Below, piece after piece: positions 18,290 through 28,589 of a DNA stretch of 64,000 nt. Location: the NCBI GenBank assembly GCA_032128875.1, contig JAVLKG010000003.1, positions 385,008 to 449,007 of the forward strand, in the 5' to 3' direction. Position 1 is the stretch's first letter. The number at the start of each line of letters is the position of its first letter. Position numbers and translations under genes: made by a program. The notes under the pieces were generated by a model. That model worked only from the letters and a program-made list of their open reading frames with translations. It did no database searches and was not told the origin of the DNA. Source of the DNA: Candidatus Melainabacteria bacterium 17Bon1m (GTDB lineage Bacteria > Cyanobacteriota > Vampirovibrionia > Obscuribacterales > Obscuribacteraceae).

Positions 18290-21274
18290 CTAGAGCTTGG
18301 AGATTGGAACAGTCAGATGAACATCGCGGTACTGTTCTGATGGCGGCAGGAAGTTCGGCAGGAAGACATCAGCTGAAGCGTTGAGGTCTCTGCCCGGAAC
18401 TTTTATGGTGCCGTGAATGGCGCCGTGCGCGTTGATCTTCTTCTCGCTGAATTCGACTTTGGCTATTTGCTCGGGCTTGCCTGGCATTTGAATTTTTGCA
18501 GAGATACTCGATGGCAGCTCCATTGGGAAGTCCCGGTCGTTTTTCAAAACAACCTTCAGCTTGATTTGGGACTTGGACGGAACCACTCCCTCGAGTTCAA
18601 AACGCACTGAGCCGCGAGCATTGCTGGCATTAGCCGCCATAGTCTGTTTAATTGAATTGATTTGGTCTGGTGATAAATCTTTGCCCATTGCCGATTGACC
18701 ATTCGAAGGCGCCTGCGGCATATTTGCCAGCATGTCCGGATGCACCATTGACTGTGCTTTTTGGCGGATATAGTCCGGCGCTTGCGGTGGCGGTGAGATT
18801 TCCGGCAAGAGCTGCGGTTTTACAGCCTCGGAAGGCTGTGCAGATGGTGATGGAACGAGATCTCTGGGAGCGCTTTGCTGAATGGCCACAGGTGTTTGGG
18901 CATAAGTCTGTGGCGCAGCGGATAGTGCGTAACTTGGCTGTGCGGCTGGTTGAGCATAGTTCGGTGCTGCCTGTGGCATCATGCCGTTCATCAATCCTGG
19001 GAGCGCTTGAGCTGCTGCCTGAATGTTGGCGCTGGAAATGCCGTTCGGAAAAGCCTTCATTGCTAAAGCGGAAAGCGTATTGCCGTCAATTGCTGAAGTT
19101 GCTCCTGGTATCGCTGTTATAGCTGAAGCTAGAGAGCTGGCTGCTGGCGCCGCGCTTGCGGCGGCCGCCGTTGCCCCTGGTGCTGGGGCTGCGGACGCTG
19201 CCGAAGCGATGGCACTTGCCGTGACAGGTGTCTCAGTGGTCAGGACAGGCGGAAGTGGCGGAAGCGGAGGCAAAGGTGGTAGCCCGAGGCTTGAACCGGC
19301 TGACGAGCCAGAAGCGCCTCCCATAGCTTTTTGAGTCGCATCTTCGATTTTAGCCATGCGATCTTTTTCGCTCTGCTGGAATCCTCTGAGTTGTCCGAGA
19401 AATCCACCCAAACTGTTGACGTGATTGTCGGTCGTCAGAGCTGAATCGGCAGAGGACGCCGCGGCGGCTCCTGCCACAGTCGGAATCGCTCTCGGAATGC
19501 TAGGTGCCGGCGGCAATTCGCCAGGTTGGACTTGCGAGTTTAATTGCGACAACAATGATGGTTGAACGCCCTGTTGTTGATTTAGAAACGTCATAACTTG
19601 TGGCGACGCCATTCCGCCTGCAGTCTGCGGTGTAAGCATCGTCGTCGCCTGCATCTTCGCATTTAGCTCCTGGAGCTTCTTGGCGGCGACGGTGTTTTTT
19701 GGTTCTTCTCGAATGACTGTCATATACGCATCGTGCGCTTGCGAATACAGTCCCAAACGTGTCGCCAAATCGCCTTCGTACAAGCGGATCTTCACATCCG
19801 TCGGTGCGATTCCTGCTGCTTCGATAATCTTCGAATGAGCATCTCTGACAGCGCCGCTTTGATCGAGAGTTTGTGCTGCTTGATAGGCTTTCATCGCTTC
19901 TTGACGGGCAAGAGCGAGTTTAAAACTTTGACGTGCGGCCGGAAGATTTGGGTTGTCCGGCTCCAGTCTCACGACTTGCTTGTACTCGTTTTGCGACGAT
20001 TTGAGGTCGCCGGAGAGCTGGTAAGCTCTTGCAAGACCAAGGTGCTGACCGGCATCGCGAGGATTTTTCGCTACCTGTCTGTGCCATAGATCGATAAGTG
20101 TTCGCGACGCAACTTTGTCTTCCGGGTTGATGATTAGCGCGCGGCTGAGGTCGTTGTTCGCACCAATCACGTCACCTTGTGTATAGCGCAAACTGCCGAG
20201 GTGTCTCAAAGCGGCGCTGGAATTGGGATCAAGCTCAAGAGCTTTTTGAAACTCACCTTTGGCAGTTTCCTTCTTCCCTTCCTTAAAGAGCATTGCGCCC
20301 ACACCAATGTGACCATCGGCTGATGGTTTGATCTTGAGCGCTGCTCTGTATTCGACTAATGCTTCGTTGTATTTGCCTTCGCGAGCCAAAGTATCTGCCA
20401 TTTTGAGGCGAGCGATATCACTTGTGTGATCGATGCCTTTCTTTTTGAGCCAGTCATTGAGGGCTGTTGTGGCTGGTGTGCTGCCAGGCTCAAGAGTCAA
20501 AGCTTCGCGCGCGAGTTTTACAGCTTCATCGTAATCATTCGCTGCGACCTGTGCTCTGCCGTTGCTCAAAAGCGTCTTAACGAACTCATCTTTGAGTACT
20601 TTGTCTTTCGGAAATGCTTTGGTGTAATTCTTTATTAGAGACTGCGCTTCGGTGAACTTTCCTTCCTTTAGGAAGGTGTTAAGCTGGGCTGCCGCTTGCG
20701 CCGCATGGGGTGAGCTTGCCTGATTTTGCGCTGCACTCATCGCGTCATATCGAGGAGACGTCTGCTGAGACATCGGTGACATCATGCCCATCTGTGGAGT
20801 CACGATCGATGGCGTAACTGCCGGAGGCGGCGGGATCAGACCGTTTTTGGACTTGGCAGAACTGCTGCTCGAATAGCTTGGAGAGGAAATGTTGTACGGC
20901 AGCGGCGCAGGACTTAACCCCCCGCCGGAATAGTAGCTATCCATCGATGAGCCATTATTTGGGTTCATCGAATACGAAGACGACTCGCGTACTTCGGAGT
21001 CGTAGCGCCGTCTGATTCTTGTAGTCGGGACAATAATTTGCTTGGCGTGTGCGAAGTCGGCCGCCTGAGCCGGAGGCGTAAAAACCAGGGGAGCGGACAA
21101 AATACCGAGCGTTTCGGCTACCAGGCAAGAGCCCGGGAGTATGAAAGATAGAAACGCTGTTTTTAGTCTATCGCTGGTCACAGTGGTTGTTTTGTCAGAG
21201 CCGGAAGACCCATATACGAGCAAGCGGCAAACCATCAGTTCGCCATGCCGGTAATTAAGGTGTCGCCTTCGCAT
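18290..21274 (-). CDS. Large tetratricopeptide-repeat protein with low-complexity Pro/Ala/Ser linkers
   Basis: Multiple TPRs (e.g. AKGEFQKALELDPNSSAALRHLG); probable signal peptide ending AQA. Start uncertain. Confidence 0.85.
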   Translation of the reverse strand: MRRRHLNYRHGELMVCRLLVYGSSGSDKTTTVTSDRLKTAFLSFILPGSCLVAETLGILSAPLVFTPPAQAADFAHAKQIIVPTTRIRRRYDSEVRESSSYSMNPNNGSSMDSYYSGGGLSPAPLPYNISSPSYSSSSSAKSKNGLIPPPPAVTPSIVTPQMGMMSPMSQQTSPRYDAMSAAQNQASSPHAAQAAAQLNTFLKEGKFTEAQSLIKNYTKAFPKDKVLKDEFVKTLLSNGRAQVAANDYDEAVKLAREALTLEPGSTPATTALNDWLKKKGIDHTSDIARLKMADTLAREGKYNEALVEYRAALKIKPSADGHIGVGAMLFKEGKKETAKGEFQKALELDPNSSAALRHLGSLRYTQGDVIGANNDLSRALIINPEDKVASRTLIDLWHRQVAKNPRDAGQHLGLARAYQLSGDLKSSQNEYKQVVRLEPDNPNLPAARQSFKLALARQEAMKAYQAAQTLDQSGAVRDAHSKIIEAAGIAPTDVKIRLYEGDLATRLGLYSQAHDAYMTVIREEPKNTVAAKKLQELNAKMQATTMLTPQTAGGMASPQVMTFLNQQQGVQPSLLSQLNSQVQPGELPPAPSIPRAIPTVAGAAAASSADSALTTDNHVNSLGGFLGQLRGFQQSEKDRMAKIEDATQKAMGGASGSSAGSSLGLPPLPPLPPLPPVLTTETPVTASAIASAASAAPAPGATAAAASAAPAASSLASAITAIPGATSAIDGNTLSALAMKAFPNGISSANIQAAAQALPGLMNGMMPQAAPNYAQPAAQPSYALSAAPQTYAQTPVAIQQSAPRDLVPSPSAQPSEAVKPQLLPEISPPPQAPDYIRQKAQSMVHPDMLANMPQAPSNGQSAMGKDLSPDQINSIKQTMAANASNARGSVRFELEGVVPSKSQIKLKVVLKNDRDFPMELPSSISAKIQMPGKPEQIAKVEFSEKKINAHGAIHGTIKVPGRDLNASADVFLPNFLPPSEQYRDVHLTVPISKL

Positions 21275-21643
21275 TTTTGGTGATAGAGCAACGCCATCGA
21301 TATTCTAGTGACAACCTTTCATTCTATAAAGTGGGAAATTACGAGGTAAAGCAAAGTTTTGTTCGGTTTTTAACTTGCCGCAGCCGCTAAATTGCCCAAA
21401 ACGGCGTTGGATTCGGCTTCTTGGCTTGGGTAAGGCGGAAAAAAGGCGATTTTGGGCTAGGGAGCTTTGTAAAAGGTTTCGGAACACCCATCTATAAATG
21501 TGAGTCTGTAACTTACACTTGGAAAGGTTGCCGGGTGCCCGGGGCAAAGAGGAAAATCCTTTCCTGCTTTTTGTCTGGGGCGCCGTTCGCTGACCAGCGG
21601 CAAATTTCAAGTCTGGGTTTTCATAAACAGAAGGGCTTTATAA

Positions 21644-24286
21644 ATGACGACAGCAGTCAAAGACAACGACACCAGTTTGATGGAACGGGTGAATCACCTG
21701 ACCCGACAAGCGAGACTGGCAGCCGCTGTCTTCACGCAGTACTCGCAGGAAGATGTTGATCGCATCGTCAAAGCGATGACTGCAGCCGCGATTGAGAATG
21801 TGGAAAAGTTGGCGCGTGCGGCTTGTGATGAAACCCGCATGGGGCTTTTCGAGGACAAGATGCTGAAGAATTTCGTCGCCTCGGAATTCCACTATCACCA
21901 GATCAAGGACAAAAAGACCGTCGGCATCATCAGAGAATTTCCCGAAGACAACATGGTCGAAATTGCCGAGCCGGTTGGGGTTATCTTGGCTTTGTCACCC
22001 GTAACTAACCCGACTTCTACCGTCATTTTCAAGGCAATGGCTGCCGCCAAAACTAGAAATTCCATCATCTTCAGCCCGCACTTGATGGCTGCAGATGCAA
22101 GCAACATGGCAGCAAGAATAGTGTATGAAGCGGCTGTTGCAGCTGGCGCACCCAAAGGTTTCATCGGCTGGGTTGAAAAATCTTCGCGTTTGAGAAGAGA
22201 AACCGAGCTCATGATGGTGCATCCGGAAGTCGATTTGATTTTCGCCACCGGCGGAACCGGAATGGTCAAAGCAGCCTGCAGCTCTGGGAAACCTGTTCTG
22301 GGCGTGGGTTCGGGCAACACTCCTGTGTACGTCCACAAGAGCACGAACGTTCGTCAGGCGGCGATGGACATCATCATCTCTAAAACGTTCGACAATGGAA
22401 CCGAGTGCCCATCAGAGCAAACCCTTGTTGTTGACCGCGAAATTGCCCAATCGCTTATTGAGCAGTTCAAAGAATATGGCTGCCATGATTGCAACGAAGA
22501 AGAAACAGCCAAGATTACAGAGACAATCATCGACGCGCGCACAGGTGGAATGAACTACCGCATGGTCGGTCAGCCGGCCAATCTCATCGCGGAGAAAGCA
22601 GGAATTACTGTTCCGCCAGAAACCAAAATCATTCTCTGCGAGATGAAAGGTGATCTGCGCGGAAACAAATTGGCAGTAGAAAAACTGATGCCAGTGTTGA
22701 GCTATGTTGTCGTAGACTCCGTCGACGAAGGGCTCAACCGCGCATTGGATATCAATTACGGTGGTGGCACCGGACACACTGCCGGCATCTTTTCTGAAGA
22801 TGAGGATGTTATTGAACAGTTCGGCACGTTTATCAATGCCGGACGTATTATCGTCAATTCACCGACATCAATCGCTGGATTGGGCGGCATCTACAACAAC
22901 TTGAATACGACCCTCAGCTTCGGCTGCGGTACCGGTGGCGGCAATATCACCACCGATAACGTCGGTATCAAAAACTTGCTCAACTACAAGCGTGTACCGC
23001 GCCGTAAGCACTTCACGCTCTCGTTCCAAACAACTAAGAACATCTACATCAACCCAGGTTCCATCGACCACCTGAGAAATATCAAGACGAAGCGTGCTTT
23101 CGTCGTCACTTCCCGATCTGCTGCTCGCAGAGGACACCTATCCATGGTGTTGGAGCGCTTGCCGCAAGATTGCCGAGTCGACGTTTTCTCGGAGGTCTGC
23201 GAAGAGCCGGAATGGCATACGATTGAAGCGGCACTGCAAGTAATGAAGCAGAGCCAGCCGGATACCGTTATCGCTCTAGGCGGTGGTTCTGTTCTTGACG
23301 CTTCGAAAGTAATGCGTCTCTTCCATGACTACCCGGATTTGAAGCTGCAAGAAATCGCTTTCAACTTCCTGGATTTCCGTCATCGTATGGCAGAGTTTCC
23401 AAAGGGCGTAAAAACCCAGCTGGTTGCCATTCCAACGACTTCAGGAACTGGTTCGGAAGTTACACCTTTTGCCGTTTTGAAAGACAGCAAATCGCAAAGG
23501 AAGCTCTCGCTTATCGACGAGACGCTACTGCCGACGGTGGCAATTATCGACGCCAATCTCACTAAGACATTACCGCGTGATATCACCGCCGATACCGCGT
23601 TCGACGCACTGACTCATGCTTTGGAGGCGCTTGTTTCCACGGTTGCATCCGACTACACTGACGGTTTGGCATTCGAAGCCATGCGCCTCATATTTGAAGC
23701 GTTGCCGGAAGTTTTGAAAAACCCGACCAATGTTGTCTGGCGTCACAAACTGCACAATGCTTCGTGCTTGGCTGGTATGGCGATCGGCAATGCATCTGTC
23801 GGCGTCAACCACGCACTGGCTCACAGTCTCGGCGGACACTACGATGTTCCGCACGGCAGAGCCAACGGTGTATTTCTCGTCTCGACTCTGGAATACAATG
23901 CGCAGATTCCACACAAATTTATGGTGCAATCGTGCTATCCACTCTGGGTTGCCGATGAGAAATATGCGCGCGCCGCTCAATTCCTTGGGTTGGACGAAGA
24001 TGGCAAACTGGCTGCAGTCGGTAAAGGCGAAAAACCGCACAAAGGCAATATCAAACAATTGAATTTGGCTCTCCGGCGCGCAATCTACGACTTGTCCGCC
24101 CAGTGTGGTCAACCAATGTCGATTGCAGAGCTTGGAATTTCGCAAGAAGATTTCGCCGCAGCAATGCCGGATCTTGTACGTGGTGCTTTCGAAGATATGG
24201 CTGTGAAAACAAATCCAGCTGTGCCGTTGTTTGAAGACATCAAAGATCTCTTCATCAACGCTTATCCACCCAGACAGCGCCCGTAA
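21644..24286 (+). CDS. adhE: Bifunctional acetaldehyde-CoA/alcohol dehydrogenase
   Basis: 880 aa. ALDH half: EPVGVI, PVTNPTST, ATGG, SKTFDNGTECPSEQ, GCGTGGGN. Fe-ADH half: GGGSVLD, PTTSGTGSEVTPFAV, DALTHALE, HALAH, PHG. Confidence 0.96.
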   Translation: MTTAVKDNDTSLMERVNHLTRQARLAAAVFTQYSQEDVDRIVKAMTAAAIENVEKLARAACDETRMGLFEDKMLKNFVASEFHYHQIKDKKTVGIIREFPEDNMVEIAEPVGVILALSPVTNPTSTVIFKAMAAAKTRNSIIFSPHLMAADASNMAARIVYEAAVAAGAPKGFIGWVEKSSRLRRETELMMVHPEVDLIFATGGTGMVKAACSSGKPVLGVGSGNTPVYVHKSTNVRQAAMDIIISKTFDNGTECPSEQTLVVDREIAQSLIEQFKEYGCHDCNEEETAKITETIIDARTGGMNYRMVGQPANLIAEKAGITVPPETKIILCEMKGDLRGNKLAVEKLMPVLSYVVVDSVDEGLNRALDINYGGGTGHTAGIFSEDEDVIEQFGTFINAGRIIVNSPTSIAGLGGIYNNLNTTLSFGCGTGGGNITTDNVGIKNLLNYKRVPRRKHFTLSFQTTKNIYINPGSIDHLRNIKTKRAFVVTSRSAARRGHLSMVLERLPQDCRVDVFSEVCEEPEWHTIEAALQVMKQSQPDTVIALGGGSVLDASKVMRLFHDYPDLKLQEIAFNFLDFRHRMAEFPKGVKTQLVAIPTTSGTGSEVTPFAVLKDSKSQRKLSLIDETLLPTVAIIDANLTKTLPRDITADTAFDALTHALEALVSTVASDYTDGLAFEAMRLIFEALPEVLKNPTNVVWRHKLHNASCLAGMAIGNASVGVNHALAHSLGGHYDVPHGRANGVFLVSTLEYNAQIPHKFMVQSCYPLWVADEKYARAAQFLGLDEDGKLAAVGKGEKPHKGNIKQLNLALRRAIYDLSAQCGQPMSIAELGISQEDFAAAMPDLVRGAFEDMAVKTNPAVPLFEDIKDLFINAYPPRQRP

Positions 24287-24288
24287 TC

Positions 24289-24322
24289 GTTGGGGCGCGT
24301 TGCACGCGCCCTGATTTTTTTT
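24289..24322 (+). terminator. Intrinsic terminator after adhE (REP-like stem)
   Basis: GGGCGCGT-TGC-ACGCGCCC followed by TGA and a T-run. Confidence 0.7.
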
Positions 24323-24412
24323 GAATCCAACAAACAGAACAGAATCAGCTGACTTAAATTCGCTAATATCCAATCCTCAAAATATTTGCGAGAGAAAACT
24401 GGAGAAAGACCC

Positions 24413-24745
24413 GTGACAGAAAAGAAGAAATCCAAAGAATCATCGACAGCAACGAAAGATGCCGCGCAGTTTCGGTTGCCGGGACCTTTGGTGAAAAGTC
24501 TTGATGAAGTCGATAAGCTGCTCGCCTCCGGTTCCGGCGATTTGAACTTGGACTTCTCCGATTGCACATTCATCTCAGTTGATGGTCTTGAATGGCTGGA
24601 AGAAATGCTCCTTCGTGCTCAGTCAAAAGGCGTTTCGATAAGTTTTTCCAACGTCACTCCGAGCGTCTACAAAGTATTCAAAGTCGCACATATTGATTCA
24701 GTCATGGGCGCTTGCGGACTGCCAATCTCAGGACCTGTTTGCTAA
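24413..24745 (+). CDS. STAS-domain protein (anti-sigma factor antagonist-like)
   Basis: LDFSDCTFISVDGLEWL...NVTPSVYKVFKVAHID; GTG start with GGAGA RBS. Confidence 0.8.
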   Translation: MTEKKKSKESSTATKDAAQFRLPGPLVKSLDEVDKLLASGSGDLNLDFSDCTFISVDGLEWLEEMLLRAQSKGVSISFSNVTPSVYKVFKVAHIDSVMGACGLPISGPVC

Positions 24746-24855
24746 TCCACTGGGAGCGCCGGCGGCTCGCCGGCTTCGGGCGGCAAAGGTTCCGCATTTT
24801 CAGAAACAGCCGTCAGGATGATGCACGCCATTGTCCTTTCGTTACTTTTATGAAC

Positions 24856-25185
24856 TTAGATCGTCATGAGAAGAGATGGACATGCGTGAACACCGCGCTG
24901 GCAATAGCTGACCGTATAGCCCATCATAAGAATAGATAGGAGCCATCCTACTAGCATTACGAAAAACGCTTCTTTCAATTCTTGCCTGCGGTTTCTAATG
25001 AGTGCGAGTACCATCAAAACATTCGTACATTCGAGCGTTGCGAAGCCAAAGGCTAGCAGCCCCAGCCCTTCAGACGTAAATGGATATCGGCTAAAGAGGA
25101 AATATCCATAATGGATACCGGCTAGCAGGCACAGCGCAATGCAAAACATTGAAAGTTGGAGAGATGCAGTTCTAGGAGTTTGCAT
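24856..25185 (-). CDS. Small membrane protein (about 3 TM helices)
   Basis: Three hydrophobic segments; resembles the adjacent ORF. Confidence 0.65.
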   Translation of the reverse strand: MQTPRTASLQLSMFCIALCLLAGIHYGYFLFSRYPFTSEGLGLLAFGFATLECTNVLMVLALIRNRRQELKEAFFVMLVGWLLSILMMGYTVSYCQRGVHACPSLLMTI

Positions 25186-25188
25186 TGA

Positions 25189-25545
25189 CTACCGCTTCTC
25201 GCTCTGAGTTAGGTCTTCCATGCGTGTAAGGTCTTCCGGCGATCTGACTTGAAGACCGCAACCGGAAGTGCTGGAAGCTGCAAATCCGACTGTAAAAAGT
25301 TCGAATATAGCTGCAAATACGAGCAGCGCTAGAGCTGAAGTGACATTTCGACGCTCAAAGATTTTCCAAACTAAATTGATCATGGCAAGACCGCCGGTGG
25401 CATTGCTCAGTGCGAGCAGACTAATCGCAGCTGGGCTAGCTGGGCATTTAAGTGCATAGAGAAATCCATAAGTAGCGCCGGCGACTGCACAGAACAATGC
25501 CGTCGCGATACCTGTATTTATGAAATTCGATTTGTAGGTTTGCAT
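25189..25545 (-). CDS. Small membrane protein (about 3 TM helices)
   Basis: Three hydrophobic segments; 3-bp gap to the next gene. Confidence 0.65.
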   Translation of the reverse strand: MQTYKSNFINTGIATALFCAVAGATYGFLYALKCPASPAAISLLALSNATGGLAMINLVWKIFERRNVTSALALLVFAAIFELFTVGFAASSTSGCGLQVRSPEDLTRMEDLTQSEKR

Positions 25546-25724
25546 ATCGTTTCGCTACTCAAACTCCACTCTCTCACATCCACCTTCAGCAGCGAAAGGC
25601 ACTTAAAGGCTGGAAAACTGCCTGGATTACCCAGGCTGCTCAGGTTTCGCAGAGTTAGCAATTTTTGGACTTATGCGGCGCTCTCCATTTAGTTATGATG
25701 GTAGTTACTATCTGATACCAGCAA

Positions 25725-26318
25725 ATGTTGAAACGTAGATACGCTATAGCCATTGCACTCGGTGTTTTCTTTGGTGTTGTATCCATTGCAACGACCGCCG
25801 AATTTCACTATGGTAGCTGGGATGATTTAAGCCAGTTTGGGAAGGGAGCCTGGCACATTCCTGGTTGGGATACCTATCAATCGTTCGAACCTGGACTAAG
25901 TTTGGATCTGAAACACAAAGCTGTATTGCTGCGCATGTGCCAAGTTTTCTTGGAGCAAGGCTTTGCGTCGATTCTAATTCCAGTTCTGCTGTGTTCTGGG
26001 GCCGCAAGGTTAGACGAACTGTCGGCCCAGAGTCGTCATTTGTACTGTTTAACTAGAAGCCTTCTAATTACAGTTATTTGCGTAAGCGTTGTTGCCATAC
26101 CTTGGGCGATTGGCGCAAGCCAGCACGATACAGAAGCTCCGAAGATTTTAGAGGGGCAAATTCTTTACGCTTATCATGCCTACCTTTTCCTGTTTCTTAT
26201 GGCGGTTGTATCGCTCTTGGCACCTGCATTTTGGATTTTGGTTTATGTTGGATTGTGGTGGCATACAAGAAAATTTCCCGTAAAACTCACTGTGAGCAAC
26301 ATTGTTTTGGACCCCTAA
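25725..26318 (+). CDS. Hypothetical membrane protein
   Basis: 197 aa with 4-5 hydrophobic segments. Confidence 0.6.
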   Translation: MLKRRYAIAIALGVFFGVVSIATTAEFHYGSWDDLSQFGKGAWHIPGWDTYQSFEPGLSLDLKHKAVLLRMCQVFLEQGFASILIPVLLCSGAARLDELSAQSRHLYCLTRSLLITVICVSVVAIPWAIGASQHDTEAPKILEGQILYAYHAYLFLFLMAVVSLLAPAFWILVYVGLWWHTRKFPVKLTVSNIVLDP

Positions 26319-26376
26319 CTACGGCATAGACAATGGTGGACGCTTAAAGGGCTGGAAACTGCTAAGATTGCAGGCG

Positions 26377-27390
26377 ATGAGTGAAACACCGTCGATTAAG
26401 GTAACCCAGCTCACGAAGGTTTTCGGAAAGAGAACAGTCGTTGATAAGCTTGACCTGGAAGTCCGTCCTGGCGAACTTTACGCGCTTTTGGGCGACAATG
26501 GCGCGGGCAAAACGACCACCATCAATATGTTGACGACGCTTTTGAAGCCGACGTCAGGGACCTTCAGTATCTCCGGCTTTGACGGTGTTTCTAACCCCGA
26601 ACAGGCGAAGTCCAGATTCGCTGTTGTTTCCCAAGAAGTCTCGCTGTATCAAGAGCTTACGGCATTCGAGAATCTATTGTTCGTTTCGCGGTTGTATGGT
26701 CTTCCGAAAGAAGGCGCGGTTGAGCGCATTGAACATCACCTGAATCAATGGGATTTGCTTTCTCGCCGTGATGACTATGTCGGTGACTTTTCTGGCGGAA
26801 TGCAAAGAAAGTTGTCGATTGCGTGCGCATTGCTGCGTTCGCCGCGCGTGTTGTTCCTTGACGAACCGACTGTGGGGTTGGACCCCGGTTCGCGACAGCA
26901 CATTTGGGAAATTCTCACCGGTTTGAAGCATGAGGGCGTGACGATTTTTCTCACGACTCATTACTTGGAAGAAGCGGAACTTTTGTCGGATCGAGTGGGT
27001 ATCATCGTGCGCGGCAAGCTTATAGCAGAAGGAACGATTGATGATCTTCGCGGGCGTCTAAATCACATGAAGTCCATCTGTGTGAGAATGGCTCGCCGTC
27101 CAAATTCTGATGAGCTCCAATCAAGCTTGAGTCGTTTGCGTAACTTCGCATTTGGAGAAGTGGCCTATGACGAACTTCGCAATACGTTTTCGATTGCTCT
27201 CACAAGTGAAGGTCATTTGTCTGAGACACTACGGGCGGTGACTGACTGGATTGAGACAGAGCACATTCCGATTACAGGCGTTTCTACAAGCGAGCCAAGT
27301 TTGGAAGAAATCTATTTGGCACTGTCGCACGAAAAATCTCCACTGCCAAAGTTGGAGCAATCCGTTGTTCCAGCTAGCAAGGAAAATTAA
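26377..27390 (+). CDS. ABC-2 type exporter ATP-binding subunit (DrrA-like)
   Basis: Walker A GDNGAGKTT, signature FSGGMQRK, Walker B FLDEPT, TTHY and C-terminal PSLEEIY. Start moved to ATG 26377. Confidence 0.93.
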   Translation: MSETPSIKVTQLTKVFGKRTVVDKLDLEVRPGELYALLGDNGAGKTTTINMLTTLLKPTSGTFSISGFDGVSNPEQAKSRFAVVSQEVSLYQELTAFENLLFVSRLYGLPKEGAVERIEHHLNQWDLLSRRDDYVGDFSGGMQRKLSIACALLRSPRVLFLDEPTVGLDPGSRQHIWEILTGLKHEGVTIFLTTHYLEEAELLSDRVGIIVRGKLIAEGTIDDLRGRLNHMKSICVRMARRPNSDELQSSLSRLRNFAFGEVAYDELRNTFSIALTSEGHLSETLRAVTDWIETEHIPITGVSTSEPSLEEIYLALSHEKSPLPKLEQSVVPASKEN

Positions 27391-27392
27391 AA

Positions 27393-28439
27393 TTGGATCA
27401 AGTCATAGCCATAATGCGAAAAGACCTGCGTCAATGGATCAGGCGACCTGCTTATTTGATTTCTAGTTTGATCATGGCGATCTTAATTGTTGCCGTTGTT
27501 GGTGACACCTTATCTGGTGCCAGACATATTCCTTTTGGTTTGTATGATCCGAGCAACGTTAGTGACTTGAAGAAGAAGCTAGCTCCCAGTGAGCGCTTCG
27601 ATGTCCTTGAATATAAAAATCTGGAAGAGGCAAAGCGCGATTTAATCAGCGGCAAGATTGTAGCTTTCGCCAAAGTAGATGAAGATCCATTGGGGGACAC
27701 TGTGGAGATTGTTACTGAAGGACACAATCCTTTTGTGGATGATCAAATCTCCATGGGGCTTTTGCGAGGTCTTACTGGTCCAGGCAATCGCAATATCGAA
27801 ACCGGGATTAAGACGTCTTCGCTTTCCAACTTTGAATATGAACTGCGCGATTTTATAACACCGGGACTTACGGCTTATCTTTGTTATGTCCTTGCCTCGA
27901 TGAATCTAGGATTCTCCTGGATTTATGAATGGATGGAGAAAACCTACCGGCAGATTATTCTTGCGCCCCATGGTTTGCGCTCAGCGATAATTGCAAAGAC
28001 TCTTACGGTTACCCTGCAGGCCTCTGCAGTTTTGTGGCTGGCTTTGACGCTTACGGCGCCGTTTGTGCACTTCACCTTAGGAACGAACCCGCTTGGTCTG
28101 ATTGGTATCACGCTATTGAGCGTTTTCTGTTTTGCGTCCATTGGTCTTTCTTTTGCATGTTGGCTGCGCACTATCAGGGTATACACCATGACCGTGTCCA
28201 TTCTTGGTGTTGCTCTAATGTTTGTCTCTGGCATCATCGTGCCTCTAGAAGCCATGCCTGCTTGGGAGCAGATGATTGCACGTTGTATGCCTCTGTACTA
28301 CGCTGCTGATGCCTTTAAGGGGGTTTTTCTGGATACCCCGGCTCATTATGGACAGGACGTTTTCGTGCTGCTTGCCTGGAGCGTTTCCGGTCTTTTGGTG
28401 GCAGCTTCTCTTTTGACGAAACGGCAAGCAGCGCTCTGA
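27393..28439 (+). CDS. ABC-2 type exporter permease
   Basis: One TM, an extracytoplasmic loop and five more TMs; FVSGIIVPLEAMPAW...PLYYA motif. Confidence 0.9.
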   Translation: MDQVIAIMRKDLRQWIRRPAYLISSLIMAILIVAVVGDTLSGARHIPFGLYDPSNVSDLKKKLAPSERFDVLEYKNLEEAKRDLISGKIVAFAKVDEDPLGDTVEIVTEGHNPFVDDQISMGLLRGLTGPGNRNIETGIKTSSLSNFEYELRDFITPGLTAYLCYVLASMNLGFSWIYEWMEKTYRQIILAPHGLRSAIIAKTLTVTLQASAVLWLALTLTAPFVHFTLGTNPLGLIGITLLSVFCFASIGLSFACWLRTIRVYTMTVSILGVALMFVSGIIVPLEAMPAWEQMIARCMPLYYAADAFKGVFLDTPAHYGQDVFVLLAWSVSGLLVAASLLTKRQAAL

Positions 28440-28589
28440 GATGTGCGTGAAGATATTTCTCGATGCCGGCCGGAAGCTGGCGATCCGGCCGAGTGATGCG
28501 AGCAGAGCCGGCGTTCCTGCAGAGCGATGCATGGCACCGTCCCCACAAGAACATACGCTACAATGCGCTACTACACAGAGGAAAAACCG

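Noticed and set aside
21275-21643. Rex or FNR/CRP operator upstream of adhE
   Set aside because: Only weak partial palindromes; no convincing match to TTGTGAA-N4-TTCACAA or TTGAT-N4-ATCAA.
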